The notes below the pieces were generated by a model that was given only the letters and a program-made list of their open reading frames with translations, ran no database searches and was not told where the DNA came from. From Polyangiales bacterium (GTDB taxonomy: Bacteria > Myxococcota_A > Polyangia > Polyangiales > JADJQN01), in the NCBI GenBank assembly GCA_964202905.1, contig CAXNJO010000010.1, positions 109,159 to 173,158 on the forward strand: DNA of 64,000 bases, written 5' to 3'. The position numbers were made by a program, and so were the translations under genes. Shown here one piece after another: positions 42,101 through 51,500 of the stretch (within the stretch, counting starts at the first letter, position 1; the number at the start of each line of letters is the position of its first letter).

Positions 42101-44980
42101 GCGCTGACACGCCTCGGCGGCGATGGCCGCCTGGCTGCGCGAATCGGTGCTGAAGTACGTGACGCGGCTCCCCTCCGGGCACGCGATCCGGACGGGGCTG
42201 AAACCGCCGTTGTCCTCCGGGCCGCCGTCGAACATCCCCGTGTCCTCGCAGTAGTAATGCACCTGCGACGCCGGGATCACCGAGCCGAGCCCGGCGCCGG
42301 TGCCCTTGAGCAGCCGGTCGACGAGGCTCTGGAGGTTGGTGTCCGTGAGCGTGGACGGGTCGGCGGTGCGCACGCCGACGAGGTTCTGCACGAGCGAGGC
42401 GTCGCAACGCGCGCCGTCTCGAACCGGCGGCACGCGGGTGACGACGGGCGGCGTGACGCCCTCGTAGAGGTCGGGAATCCCATTCGCGTTGTCGTCGTCC
42501 ACGTCGACCGGGTGCAGCTGCCGGTGCAGCAACACGTAGCCATACGACGTGACCGGTCCGGCCCCCGCGAAGCCCGCGATCTCCTCCTGGAAGAAGAAGA
42601 ACATCTCCGTCTGGTTGATGAGCGCGCCGTCGAGGAGACGCAGCGTGCGTCGGCGCGCGACGCCGTCCGGCACCGGGTTCGCCTCGGCGAGCACGCGGTT
42701 CGCGGCCACCGCAGCGGGGGTCTCCGCGCCATACGGGAGCTGGCCGTCGACGCACCAGGTGCGGAACCGCGCGCCCGTGTCGTCCTGCCAAGAGCCCTCC
42801 GTGAAGCCCTCGACGAGCCAGGGCGTCGTCATCGGGTTGAAGCCCGACGCGCAGCTTCCATCGGCGGAGAGGTATCGACCGCCGACGACGCTCTCGGTCA
42901 CGAGGCTCGAGAGCGCCACCACGCAGTCACCCCCGATCAGCGGCGAGCAGGCCGTCGCGGACGCCGGATCGGCCGAGAGCTCGAGCGTCACCGCCGGATT
43001 GCCCGGGTAGTGCAGGCTGCCAGTCGAGGTGATTCGCCCGGTGAGCGACGTGGCGCGTGCGCCAGGCTGGCGAAGCGCGAGCGCGAACGGCAGCTCGGTG
43101 GTCGCCGTCGGGATCGGCGTCGCCGCGAGCGACGTCACGTAGGACCGCACGCCGCTGGCGTTCGTGTAGGGGTAGCAAGCGCCGAGGTCGTTGCGGCACT
43201 TCCTCTTCACCGAGCCGGTTTGCCACGACCCGGTCTCGGTGGACGTGAGGACGGCCTTCATCTCGTTCCAGCCGCCCGAGAGACTCCCTTGCCGGAAGGC
43301 TCCCCACGCGGCGACGAGGCCATTCTGCACACCGGTGACGTTCGACCGGTCCGCGCGCGCGGCCCACGTCGAGAGTCCGCCGGTGGGGAACCCGGCGAAG
43401 TACTGCATCGTCCCGACCCACTCGCCTTCCGGCTTCTCGACGTAGGTCACCGTCACGGTGGTCGTCCCACCGTTGCCCGAGATCTCGAGCACGCCCTGCC
43501 AGCGCGAGGCGTCGACCCCATCGGCGTTGGCGATGGTGAGCTCGGGGCACGCGTCGGTCGCGGCGCACTCGCCGACCGCCGAGACGCGAACCTCCGGCGC
43601 GCGCGACGGGCCCATGCTCGGGGGGGCGATGTCGAGCCACGCCATGGGGCATGCGCCCGCGACGGCATCGCAGGCGAGCAGCGCGCCGGTGCTGCGGTCG
43701 CGCTCCGCCACGACGGTCTCGGTCGTGCCGTCACGGCGCGTCACGACGTGGGAGAGGCGCCGCACCGTGAACTCGTGAGACCGCCGCTCGGTGTCCTGCG
43801 CACGCACCGTGAGGGTGCGGGACGTCTGCACGTTGGAGAACGCGAGCGACGCCACATCGACCGAGAAGCCCTGCGCGCCCACGGGCGACGCGCTGCCGGT
43901 CCCACCCGATGGGCCCATCGGCATGCAGTAGCCGTTCTCGCCGTCGTGCGTGTCGCAGAACGTGCCGCGCGCGCAAGGGTCCGAGCCAGCCAGCGACTGA
44001 CACGGCACCCGACAGACGTGCCGACTGCACGCGAGGCCGGTGGCGCAATCGGTGCTGTCGTTGCAGTTCGAATAACAACCGCCCAGCAAACACGCCTGGT
44101 GCGAGGGGCACTCCAGGTCGCTCGTGCACGTCGGGGGAGACGCACCCGCCGCGACGCAGCTTCCGCGGACACACGTATCGCCGCCGATGCAGCCCGCCAT
44201 CAAGCCGTCGGGGTCGCAGGTGCGACGCACCCCGTCGGTCACGAGCGGGGCATTGCAGGGCGTGAAGCACTCCGGGCTCGCAGGCGGGAGCGCGCTCTCC
44301 GAGATGCAGAGCCCCGCATCGCAGGCGAGCCCGCTGCCGCACGTCCCGGCGCCGGAGCACGAGCACCCCTCGGTGCCCGGCTCGCAGTACACGCAGATGT
44401 CGAGGACCGCGTTGCAGCGCGCGCTCGCGTGGCAGCGACCGGTGGGGAGGCAGGCCCCGCCCTCGTAGCCAGCGGCGTCGACGCAGATGGCGCTGTCGAG
44501 GCAGTGCAGGTTCGCGTCGCAGCCGCCACCGAGGCAGGTGCAGTTCGCCGTGCCCGGCAGGCACTCCGTGCTGACGCAGTAACCACCCGTGCAGACGTCG
44601 GTCGACGACCCGCACGACTCACCGTCGAGGCAGGCGCACCCCGTCGTGCCCGTCGGGCAGGTGAGCGACGAGCAGACGCCCGCCATGCACGCGAGCGGGC
44701 TCCCGTCCGCGCCGCGGGCGCATCGCTCGCCCCGCGCGCAGCCGCACCCCTCCGTGCCGAGGGTACAACCCTCTCGCTGGCAGACGCCGTCGACACAGAC
44801 GAGCGCGCCTGCGCAGTCGTCGGTCGAGGTGCACGCCGGCTCGCCGCCATCGGCCTCCGTCGCGCCGTCATCCCCCGGCAGCCCCCCGCCGTCCCCCGGC
44901 GAGGCCGGGTCCGAGCCACAGGCCGCTAGGCAGAGCACGAGCCATACCGTCCAACACAGTGTCCGCATGTGGGTCGCCAT
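39137..44980 (-). CDS. 1947-aa lipoprotein: Cys-rich N-terminus, beta-rich middle, and C-terminal TcA-like helical channel and TcB-binding-like domain
   Basis: Intact ORF; LCLAAC lipobox; long heptad-like helices flanking VADLAKGLACIPNTSPTGDFGLGC; IRMAYRATRVFEYY; terminal W.L.F...LNALTDIKVYIYY. ORF is certain, TcA homology is recognised by eye only. Confidence 0.65.
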   Translation of the reverse strand: MATHMRTLCWTVWLVLCLAACGSDPASPGDGGGLPGDDGATEADGGEPACTSTDDCAGALVCVDGVCQREGCTLGTEGCGCARGERCARGADGSPLACMAGVCSSLTCPTGTTGCACLDGESCGSSTDVCTGGYCVSTECLPGTANCTCLGGGCDANLHCLDSAICVDAAGYEGGACLPTGRCHASARCNAVLDICVYCEPGTEGCSCSGAGTCGSGLACDAGLCISESALPPASPECFTPCNAPLVTDGVRRTCDPDGLMAGCIGGDTCVRGSCVAAGASPPTCTSDLECPSHQACLLGGCYSNCNDSTDCATGLACSRHVCRVPCQSLAGSDPCARGTFCDTHDGENGYCMPMGPSGGTGSASPVGAQGFSVDVASLAFSNVQTSRTLTVRAQDTERRSHEFTVRRLSHVVTRRDGTTETVVAERDRSTGALLACDAVAGACPMAWLDIAPPSMGPSRAPEVRVSAVGECAATDACPELTIANADGVDASRWQGVLEISGNGGTTTVTVTYVEKPEGEWVGTMQYFAGFPTGGLSTWAARADRSNVTGVQNGLVAAWGAFRQGSLSGGWNEMKAVLTSTETGSWQTGSVKRKCRNDLGACYPYTNASGVRSYVTSLAATPIPTATTELPFALALRQPGARATSLTGRITSTGSLHYPGNPAVTLELSADPASATACSPLIGGDCVVALSSLVTESVVGGRYLSADGSCASGFNPMTTPWLVEGFTEGSWQDDTGARFRTWCVDGQLPYGAETPAAVAANRVLAEANPVPDGVARRRTLRLLDGALINQTEMFFFFQEEIAGFAGAGPVTSYGYVLLHRQLHPVDVDDDNANGIPDLYEGVTPPVVTRVPPVRDGARCDASLVQNLVGVRTADPSTLTDTNLQSLVDRLLKGTGAGLGSVIPASQVHYYCEDTGMFDGGPEDNGGFSPVRIACPEGSRVTYFSTDSRSQAAIAAEACQRTPSATRPDAMNCQETLNTWRENGIVTVYAPYYQCAAVAGTVPPYCDDDRLNLRTGKIFYRPAPSVGRTYDPLQASIDAAFRYRTRFTSSSGSRVGFAPRVCIPGSDQIPYCYAPEVIEEIRARIDCLLAVYRDDRAAVGSFTRLGTVARASEVQAFLRGSFAEFPSSLVGTTVTRARDGFERLYAELLVMQGDEALTQAFMSRFDLAGVGGAAFQGSLLEPGGVDLSGVAGFEMVALYRAVQHYQLALDRLYGLGPDFAETLSRSPDSVDSPLVFLSAETVVLHLERLIRASTQRARAYSEIALRYQRLNEPALSRSVIQRAYEAAFLESGVIVQLMNEIARRSVNADRPQIDDTIQQALRRYRMTLLDMRDLFGTLIDDVNYFGFEPDFIPFPPLDGSARGRNAFEVTLEIAQARSSFARMREDQALASNRSFQTDAAQFQAELVRLRNTYEAQLGELCGTFVSEIDGRVYPAIRSYASQSRYPELLGDPCGRLGNGQIHNALVEVSQTADLQRANSVQLSNIFEQVRLEKESAEQQCDQILDVAMYQYTRAGVVTNLAADMQAARNEQELLSVGINGVADLAKGLACIPNTSPTGDFGLGCVNEAIDGAIGALAAEANFFNAALHQDEIADIQSQLDQSERTTARWVTAAQCDAIDIQSNQRMASLLLGVQEVRLEGRRARRTSQLAVAEVGRLFNEAQRRQLELEESRGLLVDIESARNDPNVRVYRNDAVLNADIAFKDAIRMAYRATRVFEYYTSQTYPRWEQLFLIRMVGAGEYNLENYLLELQNAMIAFEETYGSPDTRVLVLSLMNDILQIPEKGTDGVDLTTTERLTLLHESMQDVDRLDANGYLTMSFGTSAAQLSPLTRNHKILYVESEIVGVGGDSVGRVYLRPKGTGVIRGLDDRDDFYIFPQRTAVVNTFFNGNRLSFSSDVTQNSRLRDQPLINTSWDLVFNQRDEVVNQDIDLNALTDIKVYIYYQDFTPL

Positions 44981-44983
44981 CGC

Positions 44984-45460
44984 TCAGTTCTCCAGCCGGA
45001 GGGTGTCCCCCGTCAGCGCGTTGCCATCTTTGTCGAAGCAGCGCGCGCGGGTGAGGGTCACGGAGCCCCCCATGCCGTCCGAGCGTCGCACGGTGACCGA
45101 GCCTCCGGCAAACGCGGTGTCGCTCTGGCGCGTGAAGGCGACCGAGGTCCGCGGCGCCTCACGCTCGTGCGTACCGAGATTCCCTTCCGCGAAATCCACG
45201 CCGAGGACCTCGGTCCCGGCCTCGACGAGCACGACCTCGCAGCTCCGCGCCGCGGGGTTGGTGACCGTGAGTTCCGACCTCGCGACCATGCGGCACAAGC
45301 CGTTGTCGCAGACCAAGCCATCGGCACACATGGCCCCTTCGAGGCAGGCGCACCCCGCGGAGCCCGGTGCGCAGGTCCCGGCATCGGGCGACGGTTCAGG
45401 CTCGCCGCATGCGGAGGCCAGGGCGATGAACACACAGAGCACGAGCGATGAACGCGGCAT
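44984..45460 (-). CDS. Small (~158-aa) lipoprotein with a CxxGxxGCxC motif and a beta-sandwich domain
   Basis: MPRSSLVLCVFIALASAC lipobox (ATG at 45460); CAPGSAGCAC..C..GLVC..GLC; stop codon 3 nt upstream of the next start. Confidence 0.75.
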   Translation of the reverse strand: MPRSSLVLCVFIALASACGEPEPSPDAGTCAPGSAGCACLEGAMCADGLVCDNGLCRMVARSELTVTNPAARSCEVVLVEAGTEVLGVDFAEGNLGTHEREAPRTSVAFTRQSDTAFAGGSVTVRRSDGMGGSVTLTRARCFDKDGNALTGDTLRLEN

Positions 45461-45540
45461 GATCGAGGACCTTTGGGTTCGGCAGAGGACCGCGGAACGA
45501 GACGTGTGACCGGAGGAGTGGGTGCGCATCGCTGCAGCCA

Positions 45541-48500
45541 TCAAAGCGGGACGAGGCCGCTGTTGCCCGAGGGGAGTCCGCTGCTGGCCGGGGCCATGAG
45601 GTCGACCTGGGCCGCCGGCTGGCTCGCGACCCACGAGCTCGCGTCGATCGTCGCCTTGGCGACGCCAAAGGCGAACCATCCGACGGTCCCCGCGCTGATG
45701 AGCGCGGTTCCAGCGTGCACCAGCAGGGGTGAGAGGACGTCGACCATCCCGAAGGAGAGGACGGACAGCGCAATACCACCGGCGATGGCTCCCCCGATCA
45801 GGGTGTATTTGAGCGCCTTGCCCAGCGTGGACTTGCCCAAGCGGTTCCAGCCTCTGCCGATCTTCCCTCCGATGTAGCGGCCGGCCCGGGTGTTCTTGAT
45901 CGCGGCCGTGATCGCCTTGCCGGCCACCTGGCTGACGACGCTCCCGATGACGCCCGCCACCAAGCCAACGGGTCCTCCCGCGAGGAAACCGATGGCCGCG
46001 GCAGCGAGGACCTTGCCCACAGCCATTGTCGTGGGGTGCTTGAGGAAGGCCTTCGCGTTGTCCTTGGTGAACCCTGCCTTGAAGCGCTGCCACTTCGTGG
46101 GAGGTACGGGGCGGTCACTCTTGACGTAGCGGTCCGAGCGCTGGCGCGTGACTTTCGGCCGCCCGCTGGCCGCTTCCCCGGCGAGCCCGAGCGGATCGAT
46201 GCTGTTGCCGTAGTGGTTGGCGACGTACGCATAGCTGCTCGTCGACTCGCCGAGCCGCTCGACGCTCTCGGCGTCCACGATGTCGAACGCGGGGTCCGCG
46301 GAGGTCCAGCGCCCGATCTGCGTGTCGAGCTGGCGGTACTGGAAGGCGAGCAAGCCCGTGCTCTCGTCGGCCTCCTGACCCGTGTAGCCGTGCTCGTCCA
46401 CGAAGCCGCTCTGGTGACGGAGCTCGCCGCTCGGGTAGTAGAGGCGCTCGCCGAGGACCGTGCCGTCCGCGGAGGTCGCCAGAGTCGTCGATCCGAGGTG
46501 GTCGTGATGCAGGAACGCGACATCGCCGCCGTCGAGGGCGAGCAAGCGGCGCGCGGCCCCCGAGAGCAGCCACATCGCCTTCGACGCGCCCGGCGCGCCA
46601 TCCACGATCCCGGCCTCGGTCGCGACCGACACCCACGCGTCCGCGGCGTTGATCTCGTCGTCGCCGGCGTCGAGCGGAGCGACGTCGGTGAGCACGTCGG
46701 TTTGCATCGACACGCTGCGCAAGCGCCCGAGACGCAAGTTCTGCAGGCGCGGATGGAGGTTCACCACGCCGTCCCGCACCTCGACCTCGGAGTCCACGTA
46801 GAACGTGAGGCTGCCGTTCTCCTCGCGGGCGACGCGCCGGGCACCGAGCGCGTAGAAGAACTGCCCGCTCGAACCACCGTCGCCCGTCGCCGACACGAGA
46901 CGGCCCTCGTGATCGTACGAGAGGGAGGTCGTCCCACGTCGCGTCATCCGCCCGGCCGCGTCGTACTCGTACTGCCTGTCGCCCGCCCGGCGCACCGCGT
47001 TCGGGTGCACTGAGTCGTACTCGAGGGCGCCGACGTGCGCGCGGCTGCGCGCGCCGAGGCTCGACTCCACGCTGCGCACGCGGTCGCCGACGTCGTACGT
47101 GTAGGAGAGCGTCTCTTCCTCGGCCGACGCCTCGCCGAAGGTCGCGGCACGCAGGCGGTAGAGCGCGTCGTAGGAGAAGCGCGCGGTCAGCGAAGGCCGA
47201 GTCGCCGCGCCCTCGGAGGTGTCCGTCATCGTGAGCAGGTTGCCGACACGGTCGCGCGTCATCGACGCGCCCTGAAGGACGCGGGACCCGAGGCGCGTCT
47301 CCATCGCCTCGAGCCGGCCTGCGTCGTCGAAGCTCCGCTCGCCGCGCGTCCCGTTCGCGTAGAAGAGCGTCGCGATGCGCCCCTGCTCGTCGTAGCCGAC
47401 GTCGTCGAGCACACCGGAGATCCCCGTGGGGCGCGAGCCTTGGTCGTACGTGCGATCCGTCGAGAGGCCACCCGGATGGACGGTGCGCGTCAGCCGGCCG
47501 ATGGCGTCGAAGGTCCGCTGGGTCACGAAGCGCGTCCCGGCGAGGGTGCGCGCCTCGAAGACCTCGTTTCCGCGCGCGTCGTAGCCGAGCTCGTCACGTC
47601 CCGTCCCGAGCTCGCCGAGCGGGTAGCGCATGCCCACCTGACGCCGCGCGCCGTTCGTGCAGGTGCTGCAGTCGGGGTCCTCGTCGTAGAGGACCTCGGT
47701 GCGCGTCGCGGCCTCGTCGGCCTCGTCCCACTGCGCCACCAACCGACCGATTCCGTCGTACGCACCGACGGTCACGGCGCCACGAGCGTCCCTGCGCTGC
47801 AGGACGTTCCCCGAACCGTCGTGGGTGTAGCTGATCATCCCACGGTCCGGATCGAGCACGCTCACCACGCGGCCGGCGAGATCGTAGGACTGAGCATGCT
47901 CGACCCCATCGGGGGCGCGCGTCGACACGAGGCGACCGAGGGAGTCGTAAGCGAGGGTGGTCGTGGCGACCATCCCGCCGCCGAGGTCACGCGTCGCCGC
48001 GACGAGGCGATCGAGACCATCGTACGTCTCGATGAGCGGCGTGTCCGCGGACGCCCCGGACGGGTCGTTGTCCTCGCCGTCGTAGCGCGCGACGCGGAGC
48101 GGTCCGTACTCCACCCGGAGCGTCGTCCGCTCACCGGCGACGCTGTCCGTGCTCTCGGTGCTCTCGGTGGCCCGGCCGAGCGCGTCGTAGGTGAACGTCT
48201 CGGAGGGGATGCTCGTCGGCGCGGTCATGTCGCAGGCGCCGCTCGTGCTGACGAACTCCTCGTAGGCCCGCACGGGCTTGCCACGACGGTTCAGGACCTC
48301 GAAGCCGGACACCTGATAGCTGCCGTCGGCGATCCGCGTGCGGGTCTGCACTTCGCGCCCCTGACCGTCGAGGCACTGCACCTCCTCGAGGTCGAGCGGC
48401 CCGCCCGTGACGCTGCGCGAGCGGGCGACGACACGCGTCACCGGCGAGGCCGTCTCGTAGGTGAACTCCTCCGAGGGGGTCGCCTCGGCGTCACCCGGCA

Positions 48501-51500
48501 TCAGGATCGCGCTCGGCCGACCGAGCGCATCGTAGCGGTAGCGCGTGGCGTTGCGCGCCGACACGGCGACGCCGCCCCGGACGAGCATCCACCCGGTCGC
48601 CTCGCTCACCTCGTAGAAGGCGGACTCGTACGTGTACTCGCGGCGCAGCGCCGCTGGAGCCCCGCTGCGGTCGAGGAACAGGTCGTCGACACGCACGACG
48701 CGCAGGCCGAGCTCGTCGTACGTCAACACGCGACGGTGGTTGTTCGTCACCGAGGGGGAGCCGCTCGGGAACATCTGTTCGACGAGGTTTCCGGTGGCGT
48801 CGTAGCGGACCCGCTGCGTGTCGATCCAGGCGCTGGCGTCCACGCGTTGGCGCACGCTCGTGGTGGCGCCGCGGGTCAGTTGCCCTTCCGCGAGCGGCGT
48901 GAAGTCGCTTCCGTCGTAGCGGAAGACCCTCTCGGTCTCGAGGCCCCCGGCCTCCCCGTACTGGCTGACGCGGCTCGGGCGCCCGAGAATCCAAGCCCCC
49001 GAGGTCGCCGTGCCGGGCTGCACGTAGGTCGTGCGCACGGAGATCTCATCGCCCGAACATTCGGCCCCGCAGGGACCGACGCCCGGCCCACACGCGCCGC
49101 ACGGCGTCGGCGCCTCCGGCGGTCCGAGGTGGACGACGCCGAGATCCGTGGCGAGCGTCTTGCCCCCGTAACCATCGTATTCGTAGGTCTTGCGGAGGGT
49201 GCGCCACTCGGCTTGCGGCGCGCCCTCTTGCACGATGGAGATCTCCGACTGCTCGCACAGCCAGCGCACGGGCACGGGCAGACCGGCCGGCACCTCGGCG
49301 AGCGCGCAATCTCCCCACGTCGTCCGCGTCTCGACCATCGGCGTCCAAACGCCGGCACCGCCGCTGAAGATCGCGCTCTTCAGTGGGAGTCCGTACCGAT
49401 GCCGCGTCTCGGGGGTGACGCCGAGGTCGTAGTCGAAGACGGCCTTCGAGCCGGCTTGTCCGTCGGTCGCGAGATCCGACGTCTCCTCGCGCTCGACGTG
49501 ACCAAAGCCGCGGAACGCGCGCGCGACGCCGTCGTAATAGCCGTCTCGATACGTCAGCGTCCAGCGCTCGTGGAGCCCGGTCGTCTCGTCGGCGAAGAGC
49601 CGATTCCAGACGTCCATCCCGACGACCACGTTCATCGCATTCGGGAGGCGGTGCGCCCAGGGCGCGGTGCCGGCGTCCCGCGCCTGCTGTAGGACGGAAG
49701 TGCCGTAATCGACCTCCTGCACGCCGCCGAGACCGTTCTCGACGCGGCTGAGGAGGTTCGGCCGCACCGGGAAGATCTCGAGGAACTGCACGTTCCCCGC
49801 GTTGATCCAGACGATGTCGTTGGAGCCGCTGCCGTTCATGTCGGCGAAGAGCACCGTGGTCATGCCGGGGGTGCGCGTCGGGAGGTCGCCCGCCACGTCG
49901 GCGGAGGTCAGCCGCACCACGGGCGCGAAGTTCCCGGCGTTCTGGTTCACGGCGTAGCGAATCTCGCTGCCCGCGACGAGCACGACGTCCGCGAGGCCAT
50001 CGCCGTTGATGTCCTCCAGCGTCAAGAGTTCCAGATCGGCCCCACCGAAGCCGGTGAGGCTGACGATCTCCCAGGGGCCCCAGTTGCCGAAGCCGAGGTT
50101 CGTACGGAACCGCAACTGCTCACCGCCCGTCAGGAGCTCGACGGGGTCTTGCAGGCCATCGCCGTTCAAGTCCGCGAACTGCAGCGTCGGGGAGTCGTCG
50201 AACACCGCGCCGAGGTCGGTCACGGGGCGCGACATGAACGCCGAGCCGGTGTTGACGAACACCTCCGTCGCCCCCGTCGTCGTGCGGATGATGTCGATTC
50301 GCTTGTCGTCGTCGTAGTCGAAGAAGCGGACGTGCAGCGGGTTCGGATCGCCCACGCCGTCGGAGTCGAGCACGGGGAGCGTCGAGTTCATCAGGCAACT
50401 CGCGCCGTTCCAGTCGCCGCTGCCGGTGTTGCAGAGCACCTGACCGGTGCGCGAGGAGATGATGTCCGTGAAGCCGTCTCCGTTGACGTCGAGCACCTGC
50501 ACGCCCGGGTTTCCGAGGATGAACGTGCTCGCCCCCGGCGTCGCCGCGCTCGGGTAGCCCGCACCGAAGCGCGGCTTGCCCGTCGCGACGTCCATCACCG
50601 AGGGAACGAAGGTGTGCCGGCCGGTCGGGCTCGTCTCGAGGATGTCCGGCAGCGCGTCGCCGTTGATGTCCAGCAGCGTCGAGCGGCCGTTGATCAGGTC
50701 CACGCCCGCGGGCAGCGAGCCCATGTCGACCATGAACGGGCCCTCGCAGGCCCCCGAACACGCGCCGTCGAGCGACCGGGAGTAGGAAAACGAGAACCGT
50801 GCGGCGACCGTCGCGTCCAGCCGACCACGGGTCTCGACCCCGGCGAGGCGGCTCACACCGGCCGCTGCGCTCTCGTAGGTGAGCAGGTAGCGACGGATGG
50901 TCTCGCTGCCTGAGCGCACCTGGATCTCGCGGAGACGCTGCGTGAGGGTCAGCTCGAAGCCGGGCTCACCCGTGGAGATGTTGTCGGCGCGCGTCTCGTA
51001 GCCGAAGCGCACCGAGAACCGCGGCCCGGAGGATGTGTCGACGTAGGTGACCTCCTCGAGGAGCGAGTACTCGCCGTCCTTCCTGTACCGATAGCGGACC
51101 GCGTTCCCCCACACGTCGACGCGCGCGACGAGGAGGTAGCGGTAGACACCACCCGCTGCGTTTTCCACGCGGGCGGTCCTCACGGCGGTGTGCGCGGGGG
51201 TCTCGTCGGCGCCGTAGTACGAGATGGTTCCGTCGGGTGACTCGGCCGTCCAATAGCCGGCGGCGCCCGCCGGGCCACGTCCGAACCACTGGTAGCGGGT
51301 GAAGCCACGCTCGGCCCGCGAGCGATAGACCGCCGACGTCGCGGTCGCGCTCACGCGCACCAGCTCGTCGCCCCCGTTGGCGGCGAACTCGTCCGCCTCG
51401 GTGTACTCCGGCAGACCCCGCAGCCGCATCCGCTCGATCGACGACACGCCCATCGACCAGCCCACGCCGACTTCACCGCTCCCCGCACCCGAGGAGTAGG

